Shown here: piece after piece, positions 20,193 through 29,378 of the stretch | Numbering within the stretch: the first letter of the stretch is position 1 | Layout of the letters: each line of letters starts with the position of its first letter | Origin: an uncultured Eubacterium sp. | GTDB lineage: Bacteria; Bacillota; Clostridia; Lachnospirales; CAG-274 | Reading direction: 5' to 3' | DNA length: 64,000 bases | Assembly: GCA_900545305.1 (NCBI GenBank) | Contig: UQYD01000005.1 | Coordinates: 5,618-69,617 of the forward strand | Program-made: the position numbers and the translations under genes | Notes under the pieces: generated by a model | The model's input: only the letters and a program-made list of their open reading frames with translations | Databases searched by the model: none | Told to the model about the DNA's origin: nothing

Positions 20193-23100
20193 TTACTGCT
20201 GTTCAGTAGTAGTTTCTGTAGTGGGTTCTACTGTGTTATTATCAATGTAATTTTTAAGAGTGATTACATCAAGCATATCAATATTACCATCACCATTAAA
20301 GTCTGCATTTTCAAAAGAAATATCACTTGAAGTATCTATTCCTATAACGTGCTTTAAAAGTAATGCTACGTCTTTATTGTCAACAGAATTATCTTTGTTT
20401 ATGTCGTAATTATCTGAATTTAATCTTTCATAAAATTCAATCATAGCAGCAGAACCAAAGTTAGCACCAGCCTCATCGCCTACAACCTTTACATACTTTG
20501 TATAAACAGGTGTATCAAGATTTACTGTCTTTTTAGTTCTGTCACTTGCCCAAGTTGCAGTACCGGCTTTAGTCCAGTTTGTACCGTCTTTACTTGTGTA
20601 TACAGAACACTTAGTAAATACACCGTTAAAATTACCTGTTTGTCTAGGTGTATAATCTATAGAAGTAAGAAGAACTGGTTTGTTAAACTCATAAGCTATA
20701 AATCTGTTAAGGTCGCTGTTTGTAGTATAAGTTGTGTGCCAAATTGTGTTTATATTACCGTCTATAGATTTACTAGCACTTTCGTTGTCGCTTTGGGCAG
20801 AAGAATATGAAAGTACCTTTACATTAGATATAGAAATATAAGAACGGTCGTCAGTATCTGTGTCAGTAGTAAATGAATACTGTGAGCTAGAACCGGCAAG
20901 GGAAGTTCCGTTTGCACCAATTCTTACAGAAATTGTTCTGTCGCCTTCAAAAACTGTATCGTCTGTAAAGTTTGTCCAAGTTTTTCCGTCTTCTGACCAT
21001 TGATATTTAGATGTAGCACCAATAACCTTGTTTTCGTTATCGTTGTTGTAAAGTCCAGAAGGGGCAGAGCTTGCTTTAATATCAATAGTATAGTAGCTAG
21101 ATGCACCTTGAAGTTTTACAAGCAAATCATTATCAGCTGTAATTTTAGAAATTTCTTCATCGGTTAATTTATGAGAGTTATTATTACCGGCATTTACCCA
21201 GTTTTCGCCACCGTCAATACTGTACAAAAATTCTGTGCCACCAGTTGTAAACTGGTCAGAAAGAACTATAGTATTAGCATTTTCTCCGTCAAAAGAGAAT
21301 GTGGCAATAGCCAAGTTTTCATTTCCTAAAATGTAATTAGCCATTGTTTTACAAATGTCAGGCTGTAAAGACTCTGTACTTGTAGCAACAGATGCAGATT
21401 TAAGAGCAGTAAGCGTCATAATATTGAAGTCTGCAATATCTGCCTCACTTGAAATTTCAGGCTTTATGGCATTTTGGAGCATATCATTCATTGGCTGAGG
21501 GAAATATGTCAATGCAGATATTATTTCCTTTGCAAGTTCTATATAATCAGCACTTGTTTTTTCAGCTGATTTATAGGCTGTTATTAAACCGTCCCAAGCA
21601 TCTAAGTTGAAATTTTGTATTTCAAGAGCCTGTCTGTAAAGTTCAATAGCCTTGTCTGAGTCTGCCATTTGAGCAATCTTTACTAAGTCTTCAGCTTTTT
21701 GGAAGTTGTCGTAATCGTTTAAGGCTGCCTGTGCTAAAGGTACATAACTTACTCTGTAACCCTTTGCCCAGCTTTGAGCACCCCAACCTAAAAGGAGTGT
21801 ATCGCCTCTTTCAGATTTTGTCCAACCATAGACATCGTTCCAAATAGACCACTTAGCTAAAGCATTTTCGCCCTTTGATGGGTCATCAAGGTCATATCTT
21901 AAATAAGCTGCGTGACCAGGCTGACCAATAACTACGCTAGGAATACCAAAGGCTGTAAGAAGGTTTACACCTACCTTTGAAATACCACCACATACAGCAC
22001 CTTCCTCAAATACTATCCAAAGTTTAGGGTGACCACTTTCAAATGGTATGTTTATATCGTAAATGTCATCATTAGTGTCGTCATCTGTGTTTACAAGGTG
22101 ATATTTTTCTGTCCATGATGCCTTGTTTTCATCAGTATAGTATTTATCCAAGTAGTAATTATAGCCTGTAATATAACCCATATAACTATAGGAATTTAAT
22201 ATAAGCTGATTATCTTCTAATTCATCAAAAGCCACACCTGCTTTAGCAGCAGATTTCTTTCTAACATAGTAATTAAGCCATTCAATCTGGTTATCATCAC
22301 TAATAGAGTTCATTACCCATCTCATTTCAGGAACAGTAAGGTTTTCAAAAACACTATTTACAAGGCAACCATTTTCATAAAGTTTTTTGTAGATAGCATA
22401 TCTTCTGACTGGATTAGAAGTTTTTGTAGAGTCTGCCCAGAAGTAAATTGAACCTGCATGAGAAAACATTAATGATACAAACATTCGCTTGTAAAGGCTG
22501 TTTGACATATCCAATGAATAGTTCTTGTAAAGCTGTGTAAGTACCATGGCAGCCTTTTCATAAGAGCCTAAAATGGTATTACCTGCGTTAGCATAGTAGT
22601 CAAGAGCTTCAAAGTCATCTAAAAACCATTCTAAGGCTTCTCTGTTGTTTTCATTTTCAGCTGCAAGAGTAATAAGGAAATCATAGCCGGTTCTTTCTAC
22701 AAAGTTCTTTTGGTAAAGTATCTTTCTGTAGGTTTCGCTTTCGTAATCACTTAAACCGGCAAGCTCGCTTTCGTATTGAGATACTGTCTTTATAAATTTA
22801 AAATTGTCAGCTGATGGTTCTTTATAGTCTGATGAAATAAACTTTCCGTTTGCGATTACAGAATGGTCATAACCTTTATCGCCGTTTGAACTTACTTCAA
22901 ATTTAAGGTATTTTGCATTTTTTAAATCAATGGTTACATACTGACACTCACTGTCGCCTTTTAACACACCGGTGTTTTTAACCTGTGTCCAAGTGCTATT
23001 GTCTTGAGATGTATATATATTGAATATTACACCATTACCGTTGCTACCCTTAGAGTAGTCAACACCTAAATAGCCAGTAAATGTGTCATAGCCATAATCA

Positions 23101-24695
23101 TTTACAAGGTATGAAACATCGTACACTAATGTAGCAGGGGCGTGAGCACCAAGACCCTTTAAAAATTGCTTTTTCTGACCATTTACTTTAAGGGCAATAA
23201 TGCCGTCTTCTACATTTGTATCGTACTTTAATGTAGAATAGCCTACACTGCTGGATATTAATGCACTAGAAGGTACATCGGAAATATACATATATTCTCC
23301 TGTACGGTCAGGATATGTACCGGAATCAGATACAAGTCGTGGCTGTGAATAGAGAAGTTCTCCGGTTTCTGTAACAGTAAGAAGAACTCTGATATATTTG
23401 TTGAGCTGACTTTCTGTAGGTGTATACTTAGCAGAAGTAGCAGAACTTATGTCAGTAAATTCTCCGTCAGCTGTGTCACCTATTTGCCACTGGTAAGTAT
23501 ATTCAGTATTTTCTGCACCTTTTATCTGTGCTAAAATTTCAGAATTTACCTGACAAGGTCCTGAAAGAACAGCAGATACAGATATAAAAGCATTGTCTGA
23601 ATATATGTAGTCCTTGTTGTTTCCACTAATACCAAGTCTTATATACTTATTGCTCATACTAGCAGGAACAGTGTACTTAAGTGAAGTAGCTGAAGGAATA
23701 TCTGTAAAAGTAGTGCCGTCAGCACTATACTGCCATTTGTAGTAAAGAGTATCCTCCGGATTTACGTATTCTGTTTCAGCTGTTACAACACAGCCAACTT
23801 TAAGACTGCCTGTAATTTTAGCAACTATACTTCCATTATAAGAATCAGAATACAAATTACCGTAGTATTCATTTGTTTTGTCATAGATTTTTACTCTATA
23901 GTAAGATTTCTGTTGGGTTATTGTATAGTTTTTTTCTGTGGCATTTTCAATGTCTGTCCATACAGTGCCGTCATCGCTATACTGCCATTGATAACCTAAG
24001 TTTTTACTGTTTCCTACTGTAAGGGTGTCATTGGCTGTAAGAGTTTTGCCTATAGCAGATGTACCGGATATAGTTACATTTCCGTCAAGTACAGTTTCGT
24101 CTGGACGAAGAAATACAAATTCAGATGCACTTGCCCAACCATTGTTGGCAACTGTAAATTCAAATCTAAGTTTTTCAAAATCTGTTGCCTGTGGCAATGT
24201 CATAAGAACATAACTATTGGAAACAGAAGATGAACCTACAGCTACTTTATCCCAAGTATCAGTTTCGGAATTATAACTATATATTGTAGCTGTTGTAGGA
24301 TAACCTTTGCCTTTTGCACCGTCTTGTCTTGTGGCATAAAGTATTCTGTCTATTTTTGTGGTCTTGTTAAAGGTAACATCAACATAATTTGTTACAGTAC
24401 CATAGCCATTACCAGTTTCCCAATGAGTAGACCAATTTCCGTCAAAGGCATATTTAAGATAAGATGTGCTATATTGACCTGCGTTATTAGAATAACCTGA
24501 AATATATGTGTAATCATCAGAATTTGTACTTACTCTGTGATTTTGCCAGTAGTCTGATGACATTTTAGGGTCATTTGCTGATATTGATGAAACTGTAAGT
24601 TCCTGAGAAGTTTCATCAGCAAAAATATTAAGTGGCGTTATTTGTAAAGTCATTAATGTAGATAACCCCAAAGCTATTGTTTTCTTTAAATTCAT
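20193..24695 (-). CDS. Large cellulosomal, dockerin-bearing multidomain protein (1500 aa). It has a signal peptide, F5/8 type C (discoidin)-like domains, Ig-like repeats, a central possible Cys-His-Asp (transglutaminase-like) core and a C-terminal type-I dockerin.
   Basis: The C-terminal dockerin repeats are 'DINKDNSVDNKDVALLLKHV' and 'DFNGDGNIDMLDVITLKNYI'. Discoidin-like segments include 'YLKYAFDGNWSTHWETG'. Three repeated 'YQWQYSDDGT.WTDI'-type modules are present. A candidate catalytic core is 'AVCGGISKV...QPGHAAYLRYDLDD'. Confidence 0.6.
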   Translation of the reverse strand: MNLKKTIALGLSTLMTLQITPLNIFADETSQELTVSSISANDPKMSSDYWQNHRVSTNSDDYTYISGYSNNAGQYSTSYLKYAFDGNWSTHWETGNGYGTVTNYVDVTFNKTTKIDRILYATRQDGAKGKGYPTTATIYSYNSETDTWDKVAVGSSSVSNSYVLMTLPQATDFEKLRFEFTVANNGWASASEFVFLRPDETVLDGNVTISGTSAIGKTLTANDTLTVGNSKNLGYQWQYSDDGTVWTDIENATEKNYTITQQKSYYRVKIYDKTNEYYGNLYSDSYNGSIVAKITGSLKVGCVVTAETEYVNPEDTLYYKWQYSADGTTFTDIPSATSLKYTVPASMSNKYIRLGISGNNKDYIYSDNAFISVSAVLSGPCQVNSEILAQIKGAENTEYTYQWQIGDTADGEFTDISSATSAKYTPTESQLNKYIRVLLTVTETGELLYSQPRLVSDSGTYPDRTGEYMYISDVPSSALISSSVGYSTLKYDTNVEDGIIALKVNGQKKQFLKGLGAHAPATLVYDVSYLVNDYGYDTFTGYLGVDYSKGSNGNGVIFNIYTSQDNSTWTQVKNTGVLKGDSECQYVTIDLKNAKYLKFEVSSNGDKGYDHSVIANGKFISSDYKEPSADNFKFIKTVSQYESELAGLSDYESETYRKILYQKNFVERTGYDFLITLAAENENNREALEWFLDDFEALDYYANAGNTILGSYEKAAMVLTQLYKNYSLDMSNSLYKRMFVSLMFSHAGSIYFWADSTKTSNPVRRYAIYKKLYENGCLVNSVFENLTVPEMRWVMNSISDDNQIEWLNYYVRKKSAAKAGVAFDELEDNQLILNSYSYMGYITGYNYYLDKYYTDENKASWTEKYHLVNTDDDTNDDIYDINIPFESGHPKLWIVFEEGAVCGGISKVGVNLLTAFGIPSVVIGQPGHAAYLRYDLDDPSKGENALAKWSIWNDVYGWTKSERGDTLLLGWGAQSWAKGYRVSYVPLAQAALNDYDNFQKAEDLVKIAQMADSDKAIELYRQALEIQNFNLDAWDGLITAYKSAEKTSADYIELAKEIISALTYFPQPMNDMLQNAIKPEISSEADIADFNIMTLTALKSASVATSTESLQPDICKTMANYILGNENLAIATFSFDGENANTIVLSDQFTTGGTEFLYSIDGGENWVNAGNNNSHKLTDEEISKITADNDLLVKLQGASSYYTIDIKASSAPSGLYNNDNENKVIGATSKYQWSEDGKTWTNFTDDTVFEGDRTISVRIGANGTSLAGSSSQYSFTTDTDTDDRSYISISNVKVLSYSSAQSDNESASKSIDGNINTIWHTTYTTNSDLNRFIAYEFNKPVLLTSIDYTPRQTGNFNGVFTKCSVYTSKDGTNWTKAGTATWASDRTKKTVNLDTPVYTKYVKVVGDEAGANFGSAAMIEFYERLNSDNYDINKDNSVDNKDVALLLKHVIGIDTSSDISFENADFNGDGNIDMLDVITLKNYIDNNTVEPTTETTTEQQ

Positions 24696-24771
24696 TAAAT
24701 ACCTCCATTTTAATTTTCCATTTATTAGATTAAAGTTTATTAAAAATAATAATAATTGTCAATAGACATTA

Positions 24772-24808
24772 TATATAAAAAAATCTATGCCAAATTGGCA
24801 TAGATTTT
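24772..24808 (-). terminator. Rho-independent terminator for the MATE operon.
   Basis: AAATCTATGCC-AAATT-GGCATAGATTT with a preceding A-run, which is a T-run on the minus strand. Confidence 0.7.
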
Positions 24809-24817
24809 AGTGTGATT

Positions 24818-26173
24818 TTAAAGGTTTTTGATTACCTTTTTATATAAATATCTCATTGATAAAAGTGAAAGTGAAACAGAAATAACTTCTGCAATAAGGA
24901 AAGAGAACCAAACCTTATTTATATCACCTGTTAATGAGAGAAGATAAGCAGATGGTAAAAGGAAAATAAGCTGTCGCATAAATGAAACCATCATACTTAA
25001 TACACCATGTCCAAGTGCCTGAAATACTGAAAGTGAAACAATAGAAATACCAGCAAAAAGGAAGCTGACAGATATAATTCTAAGGGCAGGAACACCAATA
25101 GAAAGCATTGTTTCAGAAGCATTGAACATTAAAAGTAACTTGTCTGGGAATATCTGCATTATAGCAAAACCAATAATCATTATACATACGGCATAGGCAA
25201 TACTGAGTTTAATTGTCTTAACCATTCTGTCACGCTTTCTAGCACCGTAACTGAAGGCAATAATAGGAACCATACCGTTGTTAAGACCGAATACAGGCAT
25301 AAATATAAAGCTCTGTAGTTTGAAGTAACTACCAAATACAGCAATAGCTGTAGCACTGAATGTCATAAGTATTTTGTTCATACCAAATGTCATTACAGAA
25401 CCCATAGATGCCATAAGTATAGACGGAATACCAACAGAAAGGATTTTACCTATTGTACGAGAACTAGGACGGAAACCCTTAAAATGTAAGTGAATATCGT
25501 GATTTTTCTTAATGTTAAATGTAAGAGCCATAAGGGCTGCAATAGTCTGACCAATAACTGTTGCAATAGCAGCACCAGCAACGCCTAACTTTGGCATACC
25601 AAAAAGACCAAAGATAAGTATAGGGTCAAGAATAATGTTTATAACAGCACCGGTAGTCTGTGTACACATTGTATAAAGTGTACGTCCTGTTGCCTGAAGA
25701 AGTCTTTCAAATGCCATCTGTGAGAAGAAAGCAATAGAGCAAATAGAAACTATTTTAGTATATGTAATACCCTGTTCAGCAATAGATTCTATTGGAGTTT
25801 GGGCATACATAAATGTAGGAATAAGGAAAAGACCTACAAAAAGGAATATTAAATAGCCTATGAAAATTAATAACAAACCATTTAAGGCTGATTTATTAAC
25901 ACCTTCGGAATCCTTTGCACCTAAGTAACGAGATAAAAGGGCATTCATACCTACACAAAGACCGGTACAAACACTAATCATAAGTGACTGGAGAGGGAAA
26001 GCAAGGGAAACTGCTGTAAGGGCTTCTTCACTAAGTTTTGCAACGAAAATACTATCTACAATGTTGTACATAGCTTGTACTAACATAGAAATCATCATTG
26101 GAACTGCCATTGACAACAAAAGTTTGTTTACAGGCATTACCCCCATTTTATTTTCTTTTACTTCACCTGACAT
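24818..26173 (-). CDS. MATE family efflux transporter.
   Basis: The protein has 12 transmembrane helices. The typical start 'MSGEVKENKMGVMPVNKLLLSMAVPMMISM' sits behind the RBS GGAGGTG. The longer ORF-track start at 26236 is probably spurious. Confidence 0.8.
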   Translation of the reverse strand: MSGEVKENKMGVMPVNKLLLSMAVPMMISMLVQAMYNIVDSIFVAKLSEEALTAVSLAFPLQSLMISVCTGLCVGMNALLSRYLGAKDSEGVNKSALNGLLLIFIGYLIFLFVGLFLIPTFMYAQTPIESIAEQGITYTKIVSICSIAFFSQMAFERLLQATGRTLYTMCTQTTGAVINIILDPILIFGLFGMPKLGVAGAAIATVIGQTIAALMALTFNIKKNHDIHLHFKGFRPSSRTIGKILSVGIPSILMASMGSVMTFGMNKILMTFSATAIAVFGSYFKLQSFIFMPVFGLNNGMVPIIAFSYGARKRDRMVKTIKLSIAYAVCIMIIGFAIMQIFPDKLLLMFNASETMLSIGVPALRIISVSFLFAGISIVSLSVFQALGHGVLSMMVSFMRQLIFLLPSAYLLSLTGDINKVWFSFLIAEVISVSLSLLSMRYLYKKVIKNL

Positions 26174-26174
26174 T

Positions 26175-26780
26175 TTACTTATCACCTCCAAATTTGGACT
26201 GAGCAAGAGTATAGAGCATATCAACTGTAGTATCAATACCTACGGCACTGTTTATTAATACATCATAGTTATCTCTGGCACCCCATTGATTTGGTGTGTA
26301 GTAGTTGTAGTAAGATGCTCTTGTCTTGTCCATTCTTCTAACGAACATTTCAGGATTGTCGTTTTTGTCCTTGTATTCTTCTACACTTCTTTTTACCTTA
26401 GTTTCCATATCAGCATAGATAAAAGCGTTAATAACGTCACCACAATCAGAACAGTTGCTTAAAACATAGTCAGCACAACGACCTACAATAACACAGCTTT
26501 CCTTTGATACTAAATCTCTGATAATGTCTGTCTGAGCTTTAAAAAGTGTGTCAGAAAGAGTTACAGGCTGTGTTGACATAAAAAGACTGTATAAGAAACT
26601 AGAAGTCTTTTTGCCGTCTAATGCCTCAACAGCTTCCTTTGTAAAACCACTTTCTTCAGCAATTTTATCAATCATATTTTTATCGTAGAAATTTACGCCA
26701 AGTCTTTTAGCAAGCTTTTCGCCAATAATTCTACCACCTGAACCGTACTCACGACCAATAGTAATAACAAATTTTTTCAT
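26175..26780 (-). CDS. Cytidylate kinase-like family protein (P-loop NTPase).
   Basis: The P-loop 'ITIGREYGSGGRIIG' and an ~200 aa length are typical of the clostridial cytidylate kinase-like family. Its stop lies 1 nt from the MATE start. Confidence 0.6.
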   Translation of the reverse strand: MKKFVITIGREYGSGGRIIGEKLAKRLGVNFYDKNMIDKIAEESGFTKEAVEALDGKKTSSFLYSLFMSTQPVTLSDTLFKAQTDIIRDLVSKESCVIVGRCADYVLSNCSDCGDVINAFIYADMETKVKRSVEEYKDKNDNPEMFVRRMDKTRASYYNYYTPNQWGARDNYDVLINSAVGIDTTVDMLYTLAQSKFGGDK

Positions 26781-26791
26781 AGAAAATCCTC

Positions 26792-27223
26792 CTATTCCTC
26801 TGTGTAATCATACAGTTTGTCGAGAACATTAAAAAAGACCTTTATCTCATCTTCAGAGAAAAGGGACTTTATTTTATTTTCAAACATTATAACTTTTGCG
26901 TGGACATCGTTATATTTTTTAGTGCCTTCGGTAGTCAATATAATTTTCCTAAGGCGAGCATCATTTTTGACGGATACTCTTTTTATTAACTTTTTTTCTT
27001 CCATAAGGGATAGAATACTTGATACTGAAGAAGGCCTAATGTCAAAAGAGGCTTCCAGATTTTTCTGAAAAACATCTTTTTCATCTTTTGTATAACGCGT
27101 AATAAAAGAAAGTATAGCAAACTGCATATGGGTTATTCCTTGTGTAGAAAGAAGATTATCCAACTGTCTGCTTAACTTGTTTGAAACACAGTGCATATCA
27201 CGAATAATACGTCTGTTTTCCAT
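26792..27223 (-). CDS. MarR family transcriptional regulator.
   Basis: 143 aa. A winged-HTH region 'ITHMQFAILSFI...' is present. It is the first gene of an operon with the MATE transporter. Confidence 0.7.
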   Translation of the reverse strand: MENRRIIRDMHCVSNKLSRQLDNLLSTQGITHMQFAILSFITRYTKDEKDVFQKNLEASFDIRPSSVSSILSLMEEKKLIKRVSVKNDARLRKIILTTEGTKKYNDVHAKVIMFENKIKSLFSEDEIKVFFNVLDKLYDYTEE

Positions 27224-27408
27224 ATTCTCAACTCCTGATATTTAGATACCTAAATATTACAGCAAATAAAAATTTTTGTCAATAATAATAGATTATAGAA
27301 ATAAATAATTACCAGTTAATTTTTTGTATAATTTTTACAGAGTGTATATTTTTGAAAATGCTGGCAATGATTTAAGGGAGAAGTAAAATTCTAATTGGAG
27401 GAATTTTT

Positions 27409-28182
27409 ATGGCTTTAAAAAAAGTTGAAATCTGTGGCGTAAACACAAGTAAATTGCCGGTATTGTCTGAAAAAGAAAAGGAAGAACTTTTCGAAAAATT
27501 GCAAAAAGGCGATATGGTGGCAAGAGCCAAATATATTTATGGCAATTTAAGACTTGTGTTAAGTGTTATTCAAAGATTTTCAAACAGAGGAGAAAGCCCT
27601 GATGACATTTTTCAAGTAGGATGTATTGGGTTAATAAAAGCTATTGATAATTTCGACACATCACACAATGTAAAATTTTCTACTTATGCTGTACCAATGA
27701 TAATAGGAGAAATAAGGCGATATTTAAGGGACTATAACCCTATAAGAGTAAGCCGTTCTATGAGAGATACTGCCTACAAGGCTTTACAGGCAAGAGAAAT
27801 GCTCACTAACAAAAACAATAAAGAACCTACATTAGAAGAAATAGCAAAAGAAATAGATATGCCAAAGGAAAGCGTAGTTTTTGCTTTGGAGGCAATACAG
27901 GACCCTATATCACTTTTTGAACCAGTTTATCATGACGGTACTGATGTTCTCTATGTTATGGACCAAGTGAAAGACGATAAAAATACTGATACAGGGTGGA
28001 TAGACAATATATCATTAAAGGAGGCTATAAGCAAGCTAAATGACAGAGAAAAAAATATTATAAATTTGAGATTTTTTAAGGGAAAGACGCAAATGGAAGT
28101 TTCAGAAGAAATAGGAATAAGTCAGGCACAGGTCAGTCGACTTGAAAAAAATGCACTTAAAACTATGAGAAAATATGTATAG
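27409..28182 (+). CDS. sigG: Sporulation sigma factor SigG (forespore late sigma).
   Basis: The protein is near-collinear with B. subtilis SigG. Matching blocks are 'KVEICGVNTSKLPVL', 'GNLRLVLSVIQRFSNRGE', 'FQVGCIGLIKAIDNFD', 'FSTYAVPMIIGEIRRYLRD', 'DPISLFEPVYHDG' and 'GKTQMEVSEEIGISQAQVSRLEK'. Confidence 0.92.
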   Translation: MALKKVEICGVNTSKLPVLSEKEKEELFEKLQKGDMVARAKYIYGNLRLVLSVIQRFSNRGESPDDIFQVGCIGLIKAIDNFDTSHNVKFSTYAVPMIIGEIRRYLRDYNPIRVSRSMRDTAYKALQAREMLTNKNNKEPTLEEIAKEIDMPKESVVFALEAIQDPISLFEPVYHDGTDVLYVMDQVKDDKNTDTGWIDNISLKEAISKLNDREKNIINLRFFKGKTQMEVSEEIGISQAQVSRLEKNALKTMRKYV

Positions 28183-28208
28183 GCAGAGTAAAAAGATAGG
28201 GGTGTATT

Positions 28209-29378
28209 ATGAATATTTGTGACAATGTAAATCTTTCTGTTTTTAAAACGGACAAGTTTAATTCTATTTCTATGTCTATTTCCTTTGTGTTGCCGGCTTT
28301 AGAGTACACAACTACAGGAAACAATTTACTTGCCGGTATGTTTTTTGAGGGCTGTGAAAAATATAAAACACCTAAGAAAATATATACACGTCTTGAAGAA
28401 ATAGGGGCAGACGCACACAGTTCTGTAGTAAAAAAGGGAGATTACAGCATATTAGTATTGTATTGTAAATTCAGAGCTGAATATACGAAAGATGTTTTTG
28501 AATTTATGAAAAACATAATATTTGAGCCTATGTTTTATAGTGAGGCTGTTAAAAATCAGGTAAAGGCTACAAAAGATAGAATAGATGCCGAAAAGAATGA
28601 TAAAAGAACCTATGCAAGAGAAAAGCTAATTTCCTATGCCTTTAAAAACAGACCTTTTGGCGTAGACGGAAATGGCTGTGAAAGATTTTTAAATATGGAT
28701 ATAAAGGAATATTACTACTATCTTATGGAGAACAGTAAAATTGAAATTATGGTAGTAGGCAATATTGATGAAAAACAGACAGAGGATTTATGCAGAAAAT
28801 ACCTTAATTTTGGTCCCAGAGGGTTTGAATATCCGGAAGATAAAAAGGAAGAAACACCATACCAAAGCTACAGTGAGAAGGCTGATGTTGACCAAAGTAA
28901 ATTGTGCATAGGCATAAATGCAGAATTTGACAGTTGGGAAAAGGCTGTTATAGCAAATTGTATTTTAGGTGGTGGTGCTGGGTCTGTACTTTTCAGTGAC
29001 GTAAGAGAAAAACAGGGACTTTGCTACTATATTGTAAGCAGTCTATACAGATATAAGGAATATATAGTTGTTGAGTCAGCTATAAATTATGAAGAAAAAG
29101 ACAATGTAATAAACAGTGTGAAGGAGGCTTTGGAAAAGTTTTCTCCAACTTCAGAAGAAATAGCAAGAGCCAAAAGATATATTGTAAGTTCGTTAAAAAC
29201 CACTGGAGATAGTCAGACAAGAATTATGGATTTTAAAATTGGTCAGATTTTAGCAGAGGATAACAGAAGTTTAGATGAAATTTTAAAAAGTATAAATGAA
29301 ATAGACAGTTTGGAAAATACATTTAAAAGATTAGAAATAAATACAGTTTTCAGTTTGGAGAGTGAAAAATATGCTTAA
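28209..29378 (+). CDS. M16-family (pitrilysin-like) peptidase subunit that lacks the HxxEH motif and is probably non-catalytic.
   Basis: 389 aa with an insulinase-like fold pattern and no HxxEH motif. Its stop overlaps the start of the next M16 gene. Confidence 0.55.
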   Translation: MNICDNVNLSVFKTDKFNSISMSISFVLPALEYTTTGNNLLAGMFFEGCEKYKTPKKIYTRLEEIGADAHSSVVKKGDYSILVLYCKFRAEYTKDVFEFMKNIIFEPMFYSEAVKNQVKATKDRIDAEKNDKRTYAREKLISYAFKNRPFGVDGNGCERFLNMDIKEYYYYLMENSKIEIMVVGNIDEKQTEDLCRKYLNFGPRGFEYPEDKKEETPYQSYSEKADVDQSKLCIGINAEFDSWEKAVIANCILGGGAGSVLFSDVREKQGLCYYIVSSLYRYKEYIVVESAINYEEKDNVINSVKEALEKFSPTSEEIARAKRYIVSSLKTTGDSQTRIMDFKIGQILAEDNRSLDEILKSINEIDSLENTFKRLEINTVFSLESEKYA

